A stretch of DNA of 64,000 bases. Source: Flectonema sp. DT1601 (Eukaryota). The translations under genes were made by a program, and so were the position numbers. Below, piece by piece: positions 21,215 to 32,700 of the stretch; positions within the stretch are counted from its first letter, which is position 1, and each line of letters opens with the position of its first letter. Under the pieces are notes generated by a model that worked only from the letters and a program-made list of their open reading frames with translations, had not been told where the DNA came from and made no database searches. Location of the stretch: positions 1,116,001-1,180,000 of the forward strand of contig OZ025782.1 in the NCBI GenBank assembly GCA_964019425.1. The letters run 5' to 3'.

Positions 21215-23034
21215 TTTCTTTTTATGAATTGACTGAAGCAGCCCTTTGGGGAGGAAAAGAATAAGAAATCACAGTATTATTTAACAATGACGCAAACACG
21301 ATCCCACACAAAGCAAAGCTACAGTCTACTTCGTAGTTGTGCGTAACACTGTTGAGCGGCTACCCCTAACAGAGAGACAGTCAGTCGTCGTCTCCCTGTG
21401 TCTTCCCCTGCCAAGAAAAACATTGTCGTTGTCATTTTTTATTTTTGTTGAGTTCTGCACAAAGAAAAATAAGTGTTTCTTACTCAAGAGGGTACACAAG
21501 TTTCCCGAAAGTAATAAAGTCCATCGAGAGGGAAAGGGAATCTGGATATCATTTTCAATTTTGAAACATAAATGGGAAAGAAAAATATCCCTTAACATAT
21601 CTCAGACCCCTCAAGAAAGAAAAAAAAAAGAGGACAGAAAAAAAATACTAGAGAAGGCAACCTGATGATCCTGTAATGAAATACAGAGCACCTTTGAATG
21701 AAACCGGCTAAAAACAGGAATAGTTGCCATGTAAAAAAGACCCAACAGTTGGCATTGATAAAACCCCATTGTCGTCGAATACATATGGGGATTCAGGGGA
21801 CACGTATTACAGCTTGAGCACCCCATGCCTTGTGGCCCGTTAACAGTTTTTAGATTATAATTATCTATTTGTAAACAAATAAACACAAATAGATATTATT
21901 AAAAGAAAACGATACGATACGATTGGATTCGATTCGATTCGATTAAAAAAGGCCGAGCTTTGCTCAACCAAAAGGTTATCAAAAAGGGGAGGGGAAGGGA
22001 GGGGAGGGGAGTGGAAGGGAAGGCATGTGTTAAGAAAAAAAACAGCAAAGGGGAATCAACTGTTTGGGCATGCTTACAATAACATAAATAGCTGTATTTT
22101 TGTATAAAAAAGTTAGCTATAATAATAATCATTAGTAATTCATGCATGAGACAGTTGACTAAAGGCAATGCAATGGTATGTATAGGCAAACACTCTTACA
22201 TTATAATCGCTGTTTCGAACAAACGCGGCGTTGTTCTGAATTCAGTTAGTTGAGAGGGAGAGTTGTTGTTTCTAAATACTCTTATGAGTTTTTAAGAAAC
22301 GACGAACTTAGTAAGGTCAACAGAGAATTCGGCTGCTTCATAAAAAATAAACAACAAAAAAAAAAAAAACCACAACGGCGAAAGTCATTTCCGCCGAGCG
22401 CAAATCATCACCCCGACCGCATTTTTGCTGTGCAGCTTTTCTTTCTTTGTTTTTCTTTTTCCTTTTTTTTTTTTTTTTTTTTTGCTTTTTCCCAGCCTTC
22501 TTCTGTTGTATACATGATAAAAATTAGATAACTCATTTTTTATGTTATAGTTATTTGGTGTTTTGAAGCTCGCACGTAAACGAAAATACTACTTGACGTG
22601 TCATAGAAGACAGTGTCATGGAAGCGCGAACTGAATCAATAATGATAAGAGGAGAATGCAAGCGACAACTTGAAACAAAAGGAAGATGAAGAAAAAGACA
22701 AAGGCTTTTCTTTTTCTTTTCTCTTTGTGCAAAATAGACCAACTAAGGTTATAATTTAGAATTTACCATATTCTTCAGAGAAGACGAGGCCCCTCAAAAA
22801 TAAAAACTAACTTCAACTAACAAACTAGGAAGGGGAGGGGAGGGGAGGGTCTGGTCCAGTACAATGCAAAACAAAACAAAAGTACCGGATTCCTTTTTTT
22901 TTTAAATCTGGACGCAGCCGTTGCTTCTTGCGCAAACGCGAGGACCACCGTGTCCCAAAGAGAAATCGTGGTACCTCCGATTTCTATTTTATTTAATTTG
23001 TAAATTATAAAAAAAATGAACCAACCATTCAATT

Positions 23035-26000
23035 TCATAAGCTCCATTGTTGTTTTGAATTGATTCCTCCAGGTGGAGTCGGGACATCATGCTGAATCCA
23101 AACAGCCTTTTTGTTATACCGGCAACCTGTACCACAACAGATTCCAGATTCCAATTCTGGTTCGCTACACAGCCTCATGTTGATGCTCCGGCAAGTGCGT
23201 TCCGCTTCGTCGTACGTTGCCGCTTCCCCATGGCACACACCACTAGACTTCGAAGTGCACGCCAACCCATCCGTTGTACAGCATCTGACGCTTGCTGTGG
23301 CAGCCGACTGCCTTGGGAGAGAAACACGTGAACAGCTGCTGGTGCTGTACCGAACATCGTTTGAAACCCAAACGCCAACTCGATCGTAACCACAACCGGT
23401 TGCGCAACACGTTCCGGATGACAGCTCTGCGGGGCTGCAAAGCCTCCTCCCCACAGCGCTACAGATCTGCATTGCTTCTTCGTAGGTACGCGAACTTCCG
23501 AAACACGTGTTGTCTGCGTAGGAAATACACGATTCCCCATCCACCGAGCAACACATAACTGCTCCCGTAGTCGACGAGGTTGTCGCGATGATGGCAGATC
23601 CTGTTCCTGGACAGCCGTCAGCAGTGTAGCGGAGTGGATCTGAAGTTGGTGCCGGTGTTGGTGGTGGAGTCGGGACATCATGCTGAATCCAAACAGCCTT
23701 TTTGTTATACCGGCAACCTGTACTACAACAGATTCCAGATTCTATTTCAGGTTCGGTACACAATCTCGTGTTGCTCCTCCGGCAAGTGCTTTCCGCTTCG
23801 TCGTACGTTGCCGCTTCCCCATGGCAGACGCCCCCAGACTTCGAAGTGCACGCCAACCCATCCGTTGTACAGCATCTGACGCTTGCTGTGGTGGCCGACT
23901 GCCTTGGGTGCAAAAAACCTGAACAGCTGCTGGTGCTGTACCGAACATCCTTCGAAACCCAAACGCCAACTCGATCGTAATCACAACCGGTTGCGCAACA
24001 CGTTCCGGATGACAGCTCTGCGGGGCTGCAAAGCCTCCTCCCCACAGCGCTACAGATCTGCATTGCTTCTTCGTAGGTACGCGAACTTCCGAAACACGTG
24101 TTGTCTGCGTAGGAAATACACGATTCCCCATCCACCGAGCAACACCTAACTGCTCCCGTAGTCGACGAGGTAGTCGCGATGACGGCTGATCCTGTTCTTG
24201 GACAGCCGTCAGCAGTGTAGCGGAGTGGATCAGAAGTTGGTGCCGGTGCTGGTGGTGCTGTTGGTGCTGGAGTTAGAACATCATGCTGAATCCAAACAGC
24301 TTTGTCGTTATACCGGCAACCTGTACCACAACACATTCCAGATTTCAATTCTGGTTCGCTACACAGCCTCATGTTGATGCTCCGGCAAGTGCTTTCCGCT
24401 TCGTCGTACGTTGCCGCTTCCCCATGACAGACCGCAGACTTCGAAGTGCACGTCAAGCCATCCGTAGTACAGCATTTGACGGTTGCAGTGGTAGCCGGCT
24501 GCCTTGGGTGAGAAACATGTGAACAGCTGCTGGTGCTGTACCGAGCATCATGAAGAATCCAAACAGCTTTGTCGTTATACCGGCAACCTGTACCACAACA
24601 GATTCCAGATTCCAATTCAGGTTCGGTACACAGCCTCATGTTGATGCTCCGGCAAGTGCTTTCCGCTTCGTCGTACGTTGCCGCTTCCCCATGGCAGACC
24701 GCAGACTTTGAAGTGCACGTCATTCCATCTCTAGTACAGCATCTGACGCTTGCTGTGGTAGCCGGTTGCCTTGGGTGAGAAACATGTGAACAGCTGCTGG
24801 TGCTGTAGCGGAGTTCTGAAGGATCTGAAGTTGGTGGAGGAGTCGGTGGCGCCGTTGGTGGAGGTGTTGGCGGTGCTGTTGGTGGAGGTGTTGGTGGAGA
24901 AGTCGGTGGCGGTGTTGGCGGTGCTGTTGGCGGAGGAGTTGGTGGTGGAGTCGGAGGTGCTGTTGGCGGCGGAGTCGGTGGAGGTGTTGGTGGTGGAGTC
25001 GGTGGCGGAGTTGGAGGAGGAGTCGGCGGTGCTGTTGGTGGAGGAGTTGGTGGTGGAGTCGGAGGTGCTGTTGGTGGCGGAGTCGGTGGAGGTGTTGGTG
25101 GTGGAGTCGGCGGCGGAGTTGGAGGAGGAGTCGGCGGTGCTGTTGGCGGAGGTGTTGGTGGTGGAGTCGGCGGTGCTGTTGGCGTAGGAGTTGGTGGTGG
25201 AGTCGGAGGTGCTGTTGGCGGCGGAGTCGGTGGAGGTGTTGGTGGTGGAGTCGGAGGTGCTGTTGGCGGCGGAGTCGGTGGAGGTGTTGGTGGTGGAGTC
25301 GGTGGCGGAGTTGGAGGAGGAGTCGGCGGTGCTGTTGGTGGAGGAGTTGGTGGTGGAGTCGGAGGTGCTGTTGGCGGAGGTGTTGGTGGTGGAGTCGGCG
25401 GTGCTGTTGGCGGAGGAGTTGGTGGTGGAGTCGGAGGTGCTGTTGGCGGCGGAGTCGGTGGAGGTGTTGGTGGTGGAGTCGGAGGTGCTGTTGGCGGCGG
25501 AGTCGGTGGAGGTGTTGGTGGCGGAGTCGGTGGAGAAGTTGATGGCGGAGTTGGCGGCGGAGTCGGTGGAGAAGTTGGTGGCGGAGTTGGCGGCGGAGTC
25601 GGTGGAGAAGTTGGTGGCGGTGTTGGCGGCGGAGTCGGTGGAGAAGTTGGTGGCGGTGTTGGCGGCGGAGTCGGTGGTGTTGTTGCTGGCGAAGTTGAGG
25701 AAACAAACTCCTGCGAAACGAACACCGAAGTCACCAATCCAGAACTCCAACAGATGAAATACGAAACTCCCGCAGGCCTGTTTTGATAATGCAATTCGAT
25801 AATACCATTTGAAGGCCTGACGTGATGTACGACCTTCGACGAACACGAAGCATCCGTCGAGATTGCCACTTCGTCAGACGTATCGAATTCCACACTTCCC
25901 GGAAGCAGCGTGAACTTTCCAGAGCTCCCGGTAATGGCTTCATGGGTCACCTCAGGATCGATGTTTGGACACCGGAATACCTGCGTTGTTTCACTACTGG

Positions 26001-28332
26001 TTGCCACGTAAACTGAGCTGGTCCTTGAAAGTGTTCTTCCAGACCACGTCAGTGTTCCTAATGACATCCCGTTAACAGTCACAGCAATACTACTAATAAC
26101 ACCGCCACTGCCGCTGCGAGAGAACTCCAGCTCCACCGCAATTGCCCTCGACGACGGCAACGATGGCCCTGAACCGACGCAGTTCCCGCTCATGCAAACA
26201 TTTCCCGACGACGAAAACGTGACAGTCTCGTAGTCGGCGATTATCCAACTGAAGGTCGCAGAAGCAGCCGGGATTTCAAACTTCACGTACTCCGGCACGT
26301 AAGGGCTCCTTGAGTTTCTCAAGAAGAACCCATTCGTGTCGAGGAACCTTCGAGTCCCGGAACACCATCCCCGAACCTGAAACGACGACGAGTCGACCAC
26401 TTCGCTCCCCTCAGTCAACGACGACGCCGGTATCCGGAAGGTCACGATCTCGTCCAACTGGTAGTCGTAGCTCGGCAGCGCCGCGAGCGTTATCGTGAAG
26501 AGCGAACCCGATACCGCCACGTTCCCAACTCGCAGCAAGGTGTCCCTTTCCGTGTTCCACGGAGAGTCACTCCTCAGACCTTTCAGGGACTCCAACACCG
26601 CCCTGATCGACTCTCCGTCGCTTTTCCAGCTGTCGCTCTGAAGCTTCAGCACTATCGTGTGCCCGCCACTCCGCAACGCTTCCCGTTGGTCCGCCGCCGT
26701 CACCAGCGTCCCGGTGATAGACACGAATTCACCACAAATGATCTTAAAGTCATCAACAAACGACGGACCTCCACTGTTGAATATCGTACCGACACTGCTC
26801 ACTCCATCTGCACAGCTCCCGCTGCTGTACGCCCGCGTCCCCACGAGAACACCGTCGAGGTACTCGTTGATTTCACTGGGGGAGACGACTTCGATTTCTA
26901 TCTTGTGCCACTTAGACGGGTTCACCAAGTAATCGTAACTTGAACCGTATCCGTACGCAACACGGGGGGTGATCGGTGATCCACTGTAGGTGTATGACAG
27001 CCTTCCGGGTTGGAAACTGTAGCAGATCCCTCCATTCTTCCACATGTAGATTCCGTACCTCACGTCGCTGTGTTTCTTCGAGTATTTGATCCGAGCCGAC
27101 AACCTGCGAGGATGTCCGGCAAAGTCGAACGTCGCCGACCTGGCTCCCACCTGACCAGCATCTCCCACTTGAAGCGATCCGACACCCGAGTACGAATCAG
27201 TCGTAATGATCCCCGTCCCCTCGGCCGCGTTGGTGCTCAACAGGGACGTGTCGTCATCAAAGTCCGAGGTGGCCGTGTATGGGCACGTCGCAAACGCTGC
27301 ACAAGTCGGTCCTCCGTACTCACCGACGCATCGGCACACCCCATTCGAAACACACGTTCCCCTGTCACCGGAGCAGGCTTCCGGATCAGCTTGTCCGAAG
27401 CAAACAGTCGTCGCGTCCAAAACATTCACTTCAACACTGCAACTCGTTGACGTCCCGTCCGCGCCGTCGAACGAAAACGAAATCGTTTGTGAAGTCCCCG
27501 CATCTGAGGCAGAAGGCGTAAGCGTCTTCGTCCGGAAGAATGGCGACGACCTCGTGACCCCGTCGCTCGTCAGCGCAGTTGTATACGTTGCTATGGCCGA
27601 CACCGTGAACTCAGTGCCGTGGGGAATGTTAATCGAACCAGTCTTCGTGAGTATACAACGAGGAGAAGTCAACGACTCACAGTGGTACAGGAACCTGATA
27701 GCCTGGGCATCCCCTTCGCTCAACGTTGATCGTTGTCCAATCGGCTTCGGAGAATCAATCGTCGGGAGGCCATTCTTCGTAAAAGCGGTAGCACTGTAGT
27801 GCATTATCGAATCATAGTCGTAGGGTCCAATGGTGTTGACTGTCGATCTCAATTCGAACTGATCGACGAAGTCCTCTTGGATGTTCTCCGTCTTGATGTT
27901 CACAAAATCATCCCTGTCGCTCCGGCTCTGCTCGTGCCAGAATCCCATCGCGTGTAATACCTCGTGGAGTGTTGATCCGGATGAACAGGTTTCCTTCAGC
28001 CAAATCATCGTCGGAGCTCCCCTCACCATTCCGATGTTCGCCTTGCACCCTCCAGCGTAGTACACGAACTTCATGTAGTTCACGTCCGACGCCGTCGCAG
28101 CTCTGAACCGAACACAAGTCTTCTCCTCGATCACACCTATCGAAGTCAGGATTCTCGCATCGTCCGAATCGAGAGACGAGTCTATTTGGTAGGGAACAAC
28201 ACCACCAGGCCACAGGTTTCCATTCCATCCACTCAGAGTCTGCACGTCAGACTCGAACACCATGTCACCGATGGTCACATCTCGGCTCGCAGCGCAGCAA
28301 AGGGCCGCGAGCAGTGCAACTGCCCTGTGCAT
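23035..28332 (-). CDS. Secreted astacin (M12A) metalloprotease, long form, 1765 aa: astacin + EGF + beta-sandwich region + Pro/Thr stalk + 6 Cys-rich modules
   Basis: Signal peptide, HEVLHAMGFWHEQSRSDRD zinc motif, SIMHY Met-turn, EGF-like CSGDRGTCVSNGVCRCVGEYGGPTC, (PPT)n, and repeats VRCC...TYDEA...C...RLC...EL...CC.TGC.Y...VW. Confidence 0.95.
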   Translation of the reverse strand: MHRAVALLAALCCAASRDVTIGDMVFESDVQTLSGWNGNLWPGGVVPYQIDSSLDSDDARILTSIGVIEEKTCVRFRAATASDVNYMKFVYYAGGCKANIGMVRGAPTMIWLKETCSSGSTLHEVLHAMGFWHEQSRSDRDDFVNIKTENIQEDFVDQFELRSTVNTIGPYDYDSIMHYSATAFTKNGLPTIDSPKPIGQRSTLSEGDAQAIRFLYHCESLTSPRCILTKTGSINIPHGTEFTVSAIATYTTALTSDGVTRSSPFFRTKTLTPSASDAGTSQTISFSFDGADGTSTSCSVEVNVLDATTVCFGQADPEACSGDRGTCVSNGVCRCVGEYGGPTCAAFATCPYTATSDFDDDTSLLSTNAAEGTGIITTDSYSGVGSLQVGDAGQVGARSATFDFAGHPRRLSARIKYSKKHSDVRYGIYMWKNGGICYSFQPGRLSYTYSGSPITPRVAYGYGSSYDYLVNPSKWHKIEIEVVSPSEINEYLDGVLVGTRAYSSGSCADGVSSVGTIFNSGGPSFVDDFKIICGEFVSITGTLVTAADQREALRSGGHTIVLKLQSDSWKSDGESIRAVLESLKGLRSDSPWNTERDTLLRVGNVAVSGSLFTITLAALPSYDYQLDEIVTFRIPASSLTEGSEVVDSSSFQVRGWCSGTRRFLDTNGFFLRNSRSPYVPEYVKFEIPAASATFSWIIADYETVTFSSSGNVCMSGNCVGSGPSLPSSRAIAVELEFSRSGSGGVISSIAVTVNGMSLGTLTWSGRTLSRTSSVYVATSSETTQVFRCPNIDPEVTHEAITGSSGKFTLLPGSVEFDTSDEVAISTDASCSSKVVHHVRPSNGIIELHYQNRPAGVSYFICWSSGLVTSVFVSQEFVSSTSPATTPPTPPPTPPPTSPPTPPPTPPPTSPPTPPPTPPPTSPPTPPPTPPSTSPPTPPPTPPPTPPPTAPPTPPPTPPPTPPPTAPPTPPPTPPPTAPPTPPPTPPPTAPPTPPPTPPPTAPPTPPPTPPPTPPPTPPPTPPPTAPPTPPPTPPPTPPPTAPPTPPPTPTPTAPPTPPPTPPPTAPPTPPPTPPPTPPPTPPPTPPPTAPPTPPPTPPPTAPPTPPPTPPPTPPPTPPPTPPPTAPPTPPPTPPPTAPPTPPPTSPPTPPPTAPPTPPPTAPPTPPPTSDPSELRYSTSSCSHVSHPRQPATTASVRCCTRDGMTCTSKSAVCHGEAATYDEAESTCRSINMRLCTEPELESGICCGTGCRYNDKAVWILHDARYSTSSCSHVSHPRQPATTATVKCCTTDGLTCTSKSAVCHGEAATYDEAESTCRSINMRLCSEPELKSGMCCGTGCRYNDKAVWIQHDVLTPAPTAPPAPAPTSDPLRYTADGCPRTGSAVIATTSSTTGAVRCCSVDGESCISYADNTCFGSSRTYEEAMQICSAVGRRLCSPAELSSGTCCATGCDYDRVGVWVSKDVRYSTSSCSGFLHPRQSATTASVRCCTTDGLACTSKSGGVCHGEAATYDEAESTCRRSNTRLCTEPEIESGICCSTGCRYNKKAVWIQHDVPTPPPTPAPTSDPLRYTADGCPGTGSAIIATTSSTTGAVMCCSVDGESCISYADNTCFGSSRTYEEAMQICSAVGRRLCSPAELSSGTCCATGCGYDRVGVWVSNDVRYSTSSCSRVSLPRQSAATASVRCCTTDGLACTSKSSGVCHGEAATYDEAERTCRSINMRLCSEPELESGICCGTGCRYNKKAVWIQHDVPTPPGGINSKQQWSL
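24829..25685 (-). repeat. 12-bp coding minisatellite (TPPP/TAPP/TSPP)n
   Basis: ggtggagtcggc-type units on +, encoding the Pro/Thr stalk. Confidence 0.9.
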
Positions 28333-28725
28333 TTTCTTTTTATGAATTGACTGAAGCAGCCCTTTGGGGAGGAAAAGAATAAGAAATCACAGTATTATTT
28401 AACAATGACGCAAACACGATCCCACACAAAGCAAAGCTACAGTCTACTTCGTAGTTGTGCGTAACACTGTTGAGCGGCTACCCCTAACAGAGAGACAGTC
28501 AGTCGTCGTCTCCCTGTGTCTTCCCCTGCCAAGAAAAACATTGTCGTTGTCATTTTTTATTTTTGTTGAGTTCTGCACAAAGAAAAATAAGTGTTTCTTA
28601 CTCAAGAGGGTACACAAGTTTCCCGAAAGTAATAAAGTCCATCGAGAGGGAAAGGGAATCCGGATATCATTTTAAATTTTGAATACAATAAGGGAAAATG
28701 TCCCTCGTCATGTCACAGATCTCCT

Positions 28726-28760
<35 letters not shown>

Positions 28761-29711
28761 AAATTAAAAAATGAGAGAGTGTAAGTCTGGCTTAGATGCG
28801 AGTATTTCGCAATAGCCACGCCACACGTATCAGGTAAAAAAGGCCGAGATTTGCCCAACCGAAGATTATAAAAAAAAGGGGAGACACGTGTAAAAAATCA
28901 ACTAGGGAGGAAGATTTATCTCAATACCACTCTTATGAGTTTTTAAGAAACGATGAACGTCAGTCAAACAGAGAATTCAGCTGCTTCATAAAAATAAACA
29001 AAACAAAAAAAACTACAACGGCGAAAGTCATCATCACCACTCAGTTTCTTATTTTTGTTTGTTTCCTTCTCTCTCAGCCTTCTTCTGTTGTATACATATA
29101 AAGATATAACTAGATTTCATTTTTTATGTTATAGTTATTTGGTGTTTTGAAGCTCGCACGTAAACGAAAATACTACTTGACGTGTCATAGAAGACAGTGT
29201 CATGGAAGCGCGAACTGAATCAATAATGATAAGAGGAGAATGCAAGCGACAACTTGAAACAAAAGGAAGATGAAGAAAAAGACAAAGGCTTTTCTTTTTC
29301 TTTTCTCTTTGTGCAAAATAGACCAACTAAGGGTATAATTTAGAATTTACCATATTCTTCAGAGAAGACGAGGCCCCTCAAAAATAAAAACTAACTTCAA
29401 CTAACAAACTAGGAAGGAAGCGGAGAGAGCTGGAGGAGGGTACAGTACAATGCACAACAAATATCACATTCCTTTAAATTACTTTTGCCCTGGACGCAGC
29501 ACATAGCTGCTCCGATGGTTCTTGCGCAACTTAAGGATTATTGTACTAAAAATTACGGTCCACCCCCTCCAAGAATTTAATTATTCTTACTCAGTCTTTT
29601 TCATTATGAAATTTATCACATGCATTGAAATTGTAAAATGAACATTCATCTTATGCGCTCAAATGTTGTAATAAATTATTTCTTTCTTTTCCGTTGTTTC
29701 CAGCGCATAGA

Positions 29712-32700
29712 TCACACGCGAGAGACAGGAACGCCATGATGAATCCAAACAGCCTTTTTGTTATACCGGCAACCTGTACCACAACAGATTCCAGATTCTA
29801 ATTCAGGTTCGGTACACAGCCTCATGTTGATGCTCCCGCAAGTGCTTTCCGCTTCGTCGTACGTTGCCGCTTCCCCATGACAGACGTCACCAAACTTCGA
29901 TGAGCACCTCATTCCATCCAACGAACAGCATCTGACGCTTGCTGTGGTGGCCGACTGCCTTGGGAGAGAAACATGTGAACAGCTGCTGGTGCTGTACCGA
30001 ACATCCTTCGAAACCCAAACGCCAACTAGATCGTAATTACAACCGGTTGCGCAACACGTTCCGGATGACAGCTCTGCGGGGCTGCAAAGCCTCCTCCCCA
30101 CAGCGCTACAGATCTGCATTGCTTCTTCGTAGGTACGCGAACTTCCGAAACACGTGTTGTCTGCGTAGGAAATACACGATTCCCCATCCACCGAGCAACA
30201 CCTAACTGCTCCCGTAGTCGACGAGGTAGTCGCGATGGCAGATCCTGTTCCTGGACAGCCGTCAGCAGTGTAGCGGAGTGGATCTGAAGTTGGTGCCGAT
30301 GTTGGTGGTGGAGACGGGACGTGCCGAATCCAAACAGCCTTTTTGTTATACCGGCAACCTGTACCACAACACATTCCAGATTCCAATTCAGGTTCGGTAC
30401 ACAGCCTCATGTTGATGCTCCCGCAAGTGCTTTCCGCTTCGTCGTACGTTGCCGCTTCCCCATGGCAGACGTCACCAGACTTCGAAGAGCACCTCATTCC
30501 ATCCAACGAACAGCATCTGACGCTTGCTGTGGTGGCCGACTGCCTTGGGAGAGAAACATGTGAACAGCTGCTGGTGCTGTAGCGGAGTTCTGAAGGATCT
30601 GAAGTTGGTGGCGGGGTTGGTGGTGTTGTCGGTGGAGGAGTCGGTGGCGCCGTTGGTGGAGGTGTTGGCGGCGGAGTCGGTGGTGGTGTTGGTGGAGGTG
30701 TTGGTGGCGGAGTCGGTGGCGCCGTTGGTGGAGGAGTTGGAGGAGGTGTTGGCGGAGGAGTCGGTGGCGCTGTTGGTGGCGGAGTTGGAGGAGGTGTTGG
30801 CGGAGGAGTTGGTGGTGGAGTCGGCGGTGCTGTTGGTGGTGGAGTCGGCGGCGGTGTTGGCGGTGCTGTTGGCGGCGGAGTCGGTGGCGCAGTTGGAGGA
30901 GGTGTTGGTGGTGGAGTCGGCGGCGGAGTTGGCGGTGCTGTTGGCGGCGGAGTCGGTGGAGGTGTTGGTGGTGGAGTCGGAGGTGCTGTTGGCGGCGGAG
31001 TCGGTGGAGGTGTTGGTGGTGGAGTCGGCGGCGGAGTTGGCGGCACTGTTGGCGGCGGAGTCGGTGGAGAAGTTGGTGGCGGTGTTGGCGGCGGAGTCGG
31101 TGGAGAAGTTGGTGGCGGTGTTGGCGGCGGAGTCGGTGGTGTTGTTGCTGGCGAAGTTGAGGAAACAAACTCCTGCGAAACGAACACCGAAGTCACCAAT
31201 CCAGAACTCCAACAGATGAAATACGAAACTCCCGCAGGCCTGTTTTGATAATGCAATTCGATAATACCATTTGAAGGCCTGACGTGATGTACGACCTTCG
31301 ACGAACACGAAGCATCCGTCGAGATTGCCACTTCGTCAGACGTATCGAATTCCACACTTCCCGGAAGCAGCGTGAACTTTCCAGAGCTCCCGGTAATGGC
31401 TTCATGGGTCACCTCAGGATCGATGTTTGGACACCGGAATACCTGCGTTGTTTCACTACTGGTTGCCACGTAAACTGAGCTGGTCCTTGAAAGTGTTCTT
31501 CCAGACCACGTCAGTGTTCCTAATGACATCCCGTTAACAGTCACAGCAATACTACTAATAACACCGCCACTGCCGCTGCGAGAGAACTCCAGCTCCACCG
31601 CAATTGCCCTCGACGACGGCAACGATGGCCCTGAACCGACGCAGTTCCCGCTCATGCAAACATTTCCCGACGACGAAAACGTGACAGTCTCGTAGTCGGC
31701 GATTATCCAACTGAAGGTCGCAGAAGCAGCCGGGATTTCAAACTTCACGTACTCCGGCACGTAAGGGCTCCTTGAGTTTCTCAAGAAGAACCCATTCGTG
31801 TCGAGGAACCTTCGAGTCCCGGAACACCATCCCCGAACCTGAAACGACGACGAGTCGACCACTTCGCTCCCCTCAGTCAACGACGACGCCGGTATCCGGA
31901 AGGTCACGATCTCGTCCAACTGGTAGTCGTAGCTCGGCAGCGCCGCGAGCGTTATCGTGAAGAGCGAACCCGATACCGCCACGTTCCCAACTCGCAGCAA
32001 GGTGTCCCTTTCCGTGTTCCACGGAGAGTCACTCCTCAGACCTTTCAGGGACTCCAACACCGCCCTGATCGACTCTCCGTCGCTTTTCCAGCTGTCGCTC
32101 TGAAGCTTCAGCACTATCGTGTGCCCGCCACTCCGCAACGCTTCCCGTTGGTCCGCCGCCGTCACCAGCGTCCCGGTGATAGACACGAATTCACCACAAA
32201 TGATCTTAAAGTCATCAACAAACGACGGACCTCCACTGTTGAATATCGTACCGACACTGCTCACTCCATCTGCACAGCTCCCGCTGCTGTACGCCCGCGT
32301 CCCCACGAGAACACCGTCGAGGTACTCGTTGATTTCACTGGGGGAGACGACTTCGATTTCTATCTTGTGCCACTTAGACGGGTTCACCAAGTAATCGTAA
32401 CTTGAACCGTATCCGTACGCAACACGGGGGGTGATCGGTGATCCACTGTAGGTGTATGACAGCCTTCCGGGTTGGAAACTGTAGCAGATCCCTCCATTCT
32501 TCCACATGTAGATTCCGTACCTCACGTCGCTGTGTTTCTTCGAGTATTTGATCCGAGCCGACAACCTGCGAGGATGTCCGGCAAAGTCGAACGTCGCCGA
32601 CCTGGCTCCCACCTGACCAGCATCTCCCACTTGAAGCGATCCGACACCCGAGTACGAATCAGTCGTAATGATCCCCGTCCCCTCGGCCGCGTTGGTGCTC

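Noticed and set aside
21315..21325. aaagctacagt, resembling part of a euglenozoan spliced-leader exon
   Set aside because: Only 11 nt match from memory, it is antisense to the genes, and it lacks the TTTCTGTACT..TTG/GT continuation.
23080..25685. CRISPR-like periodicity
   Set aside because: The repeats are in-frame coding units without unique spacers. The context is eukaryotic and there are no cas genes.
24720..25846. Alternative-frame ORFs (His/Arg/Gln-rich, Ser/Thr/Asn-rich, Val/Glu/Leu-rich) over the Pro/Thr minisatellites, here and in the other three copies
   Set aside because: These are shadow frames produced by stop-free 12-bp repeats within the astacin CDS.
25731..28228. Many 60-200 aa antisense or off-frame ORFs within the astacin genes
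   Set aside because: Expected in GC-rich coding DNA. Their recurrence reflects the duplication only.
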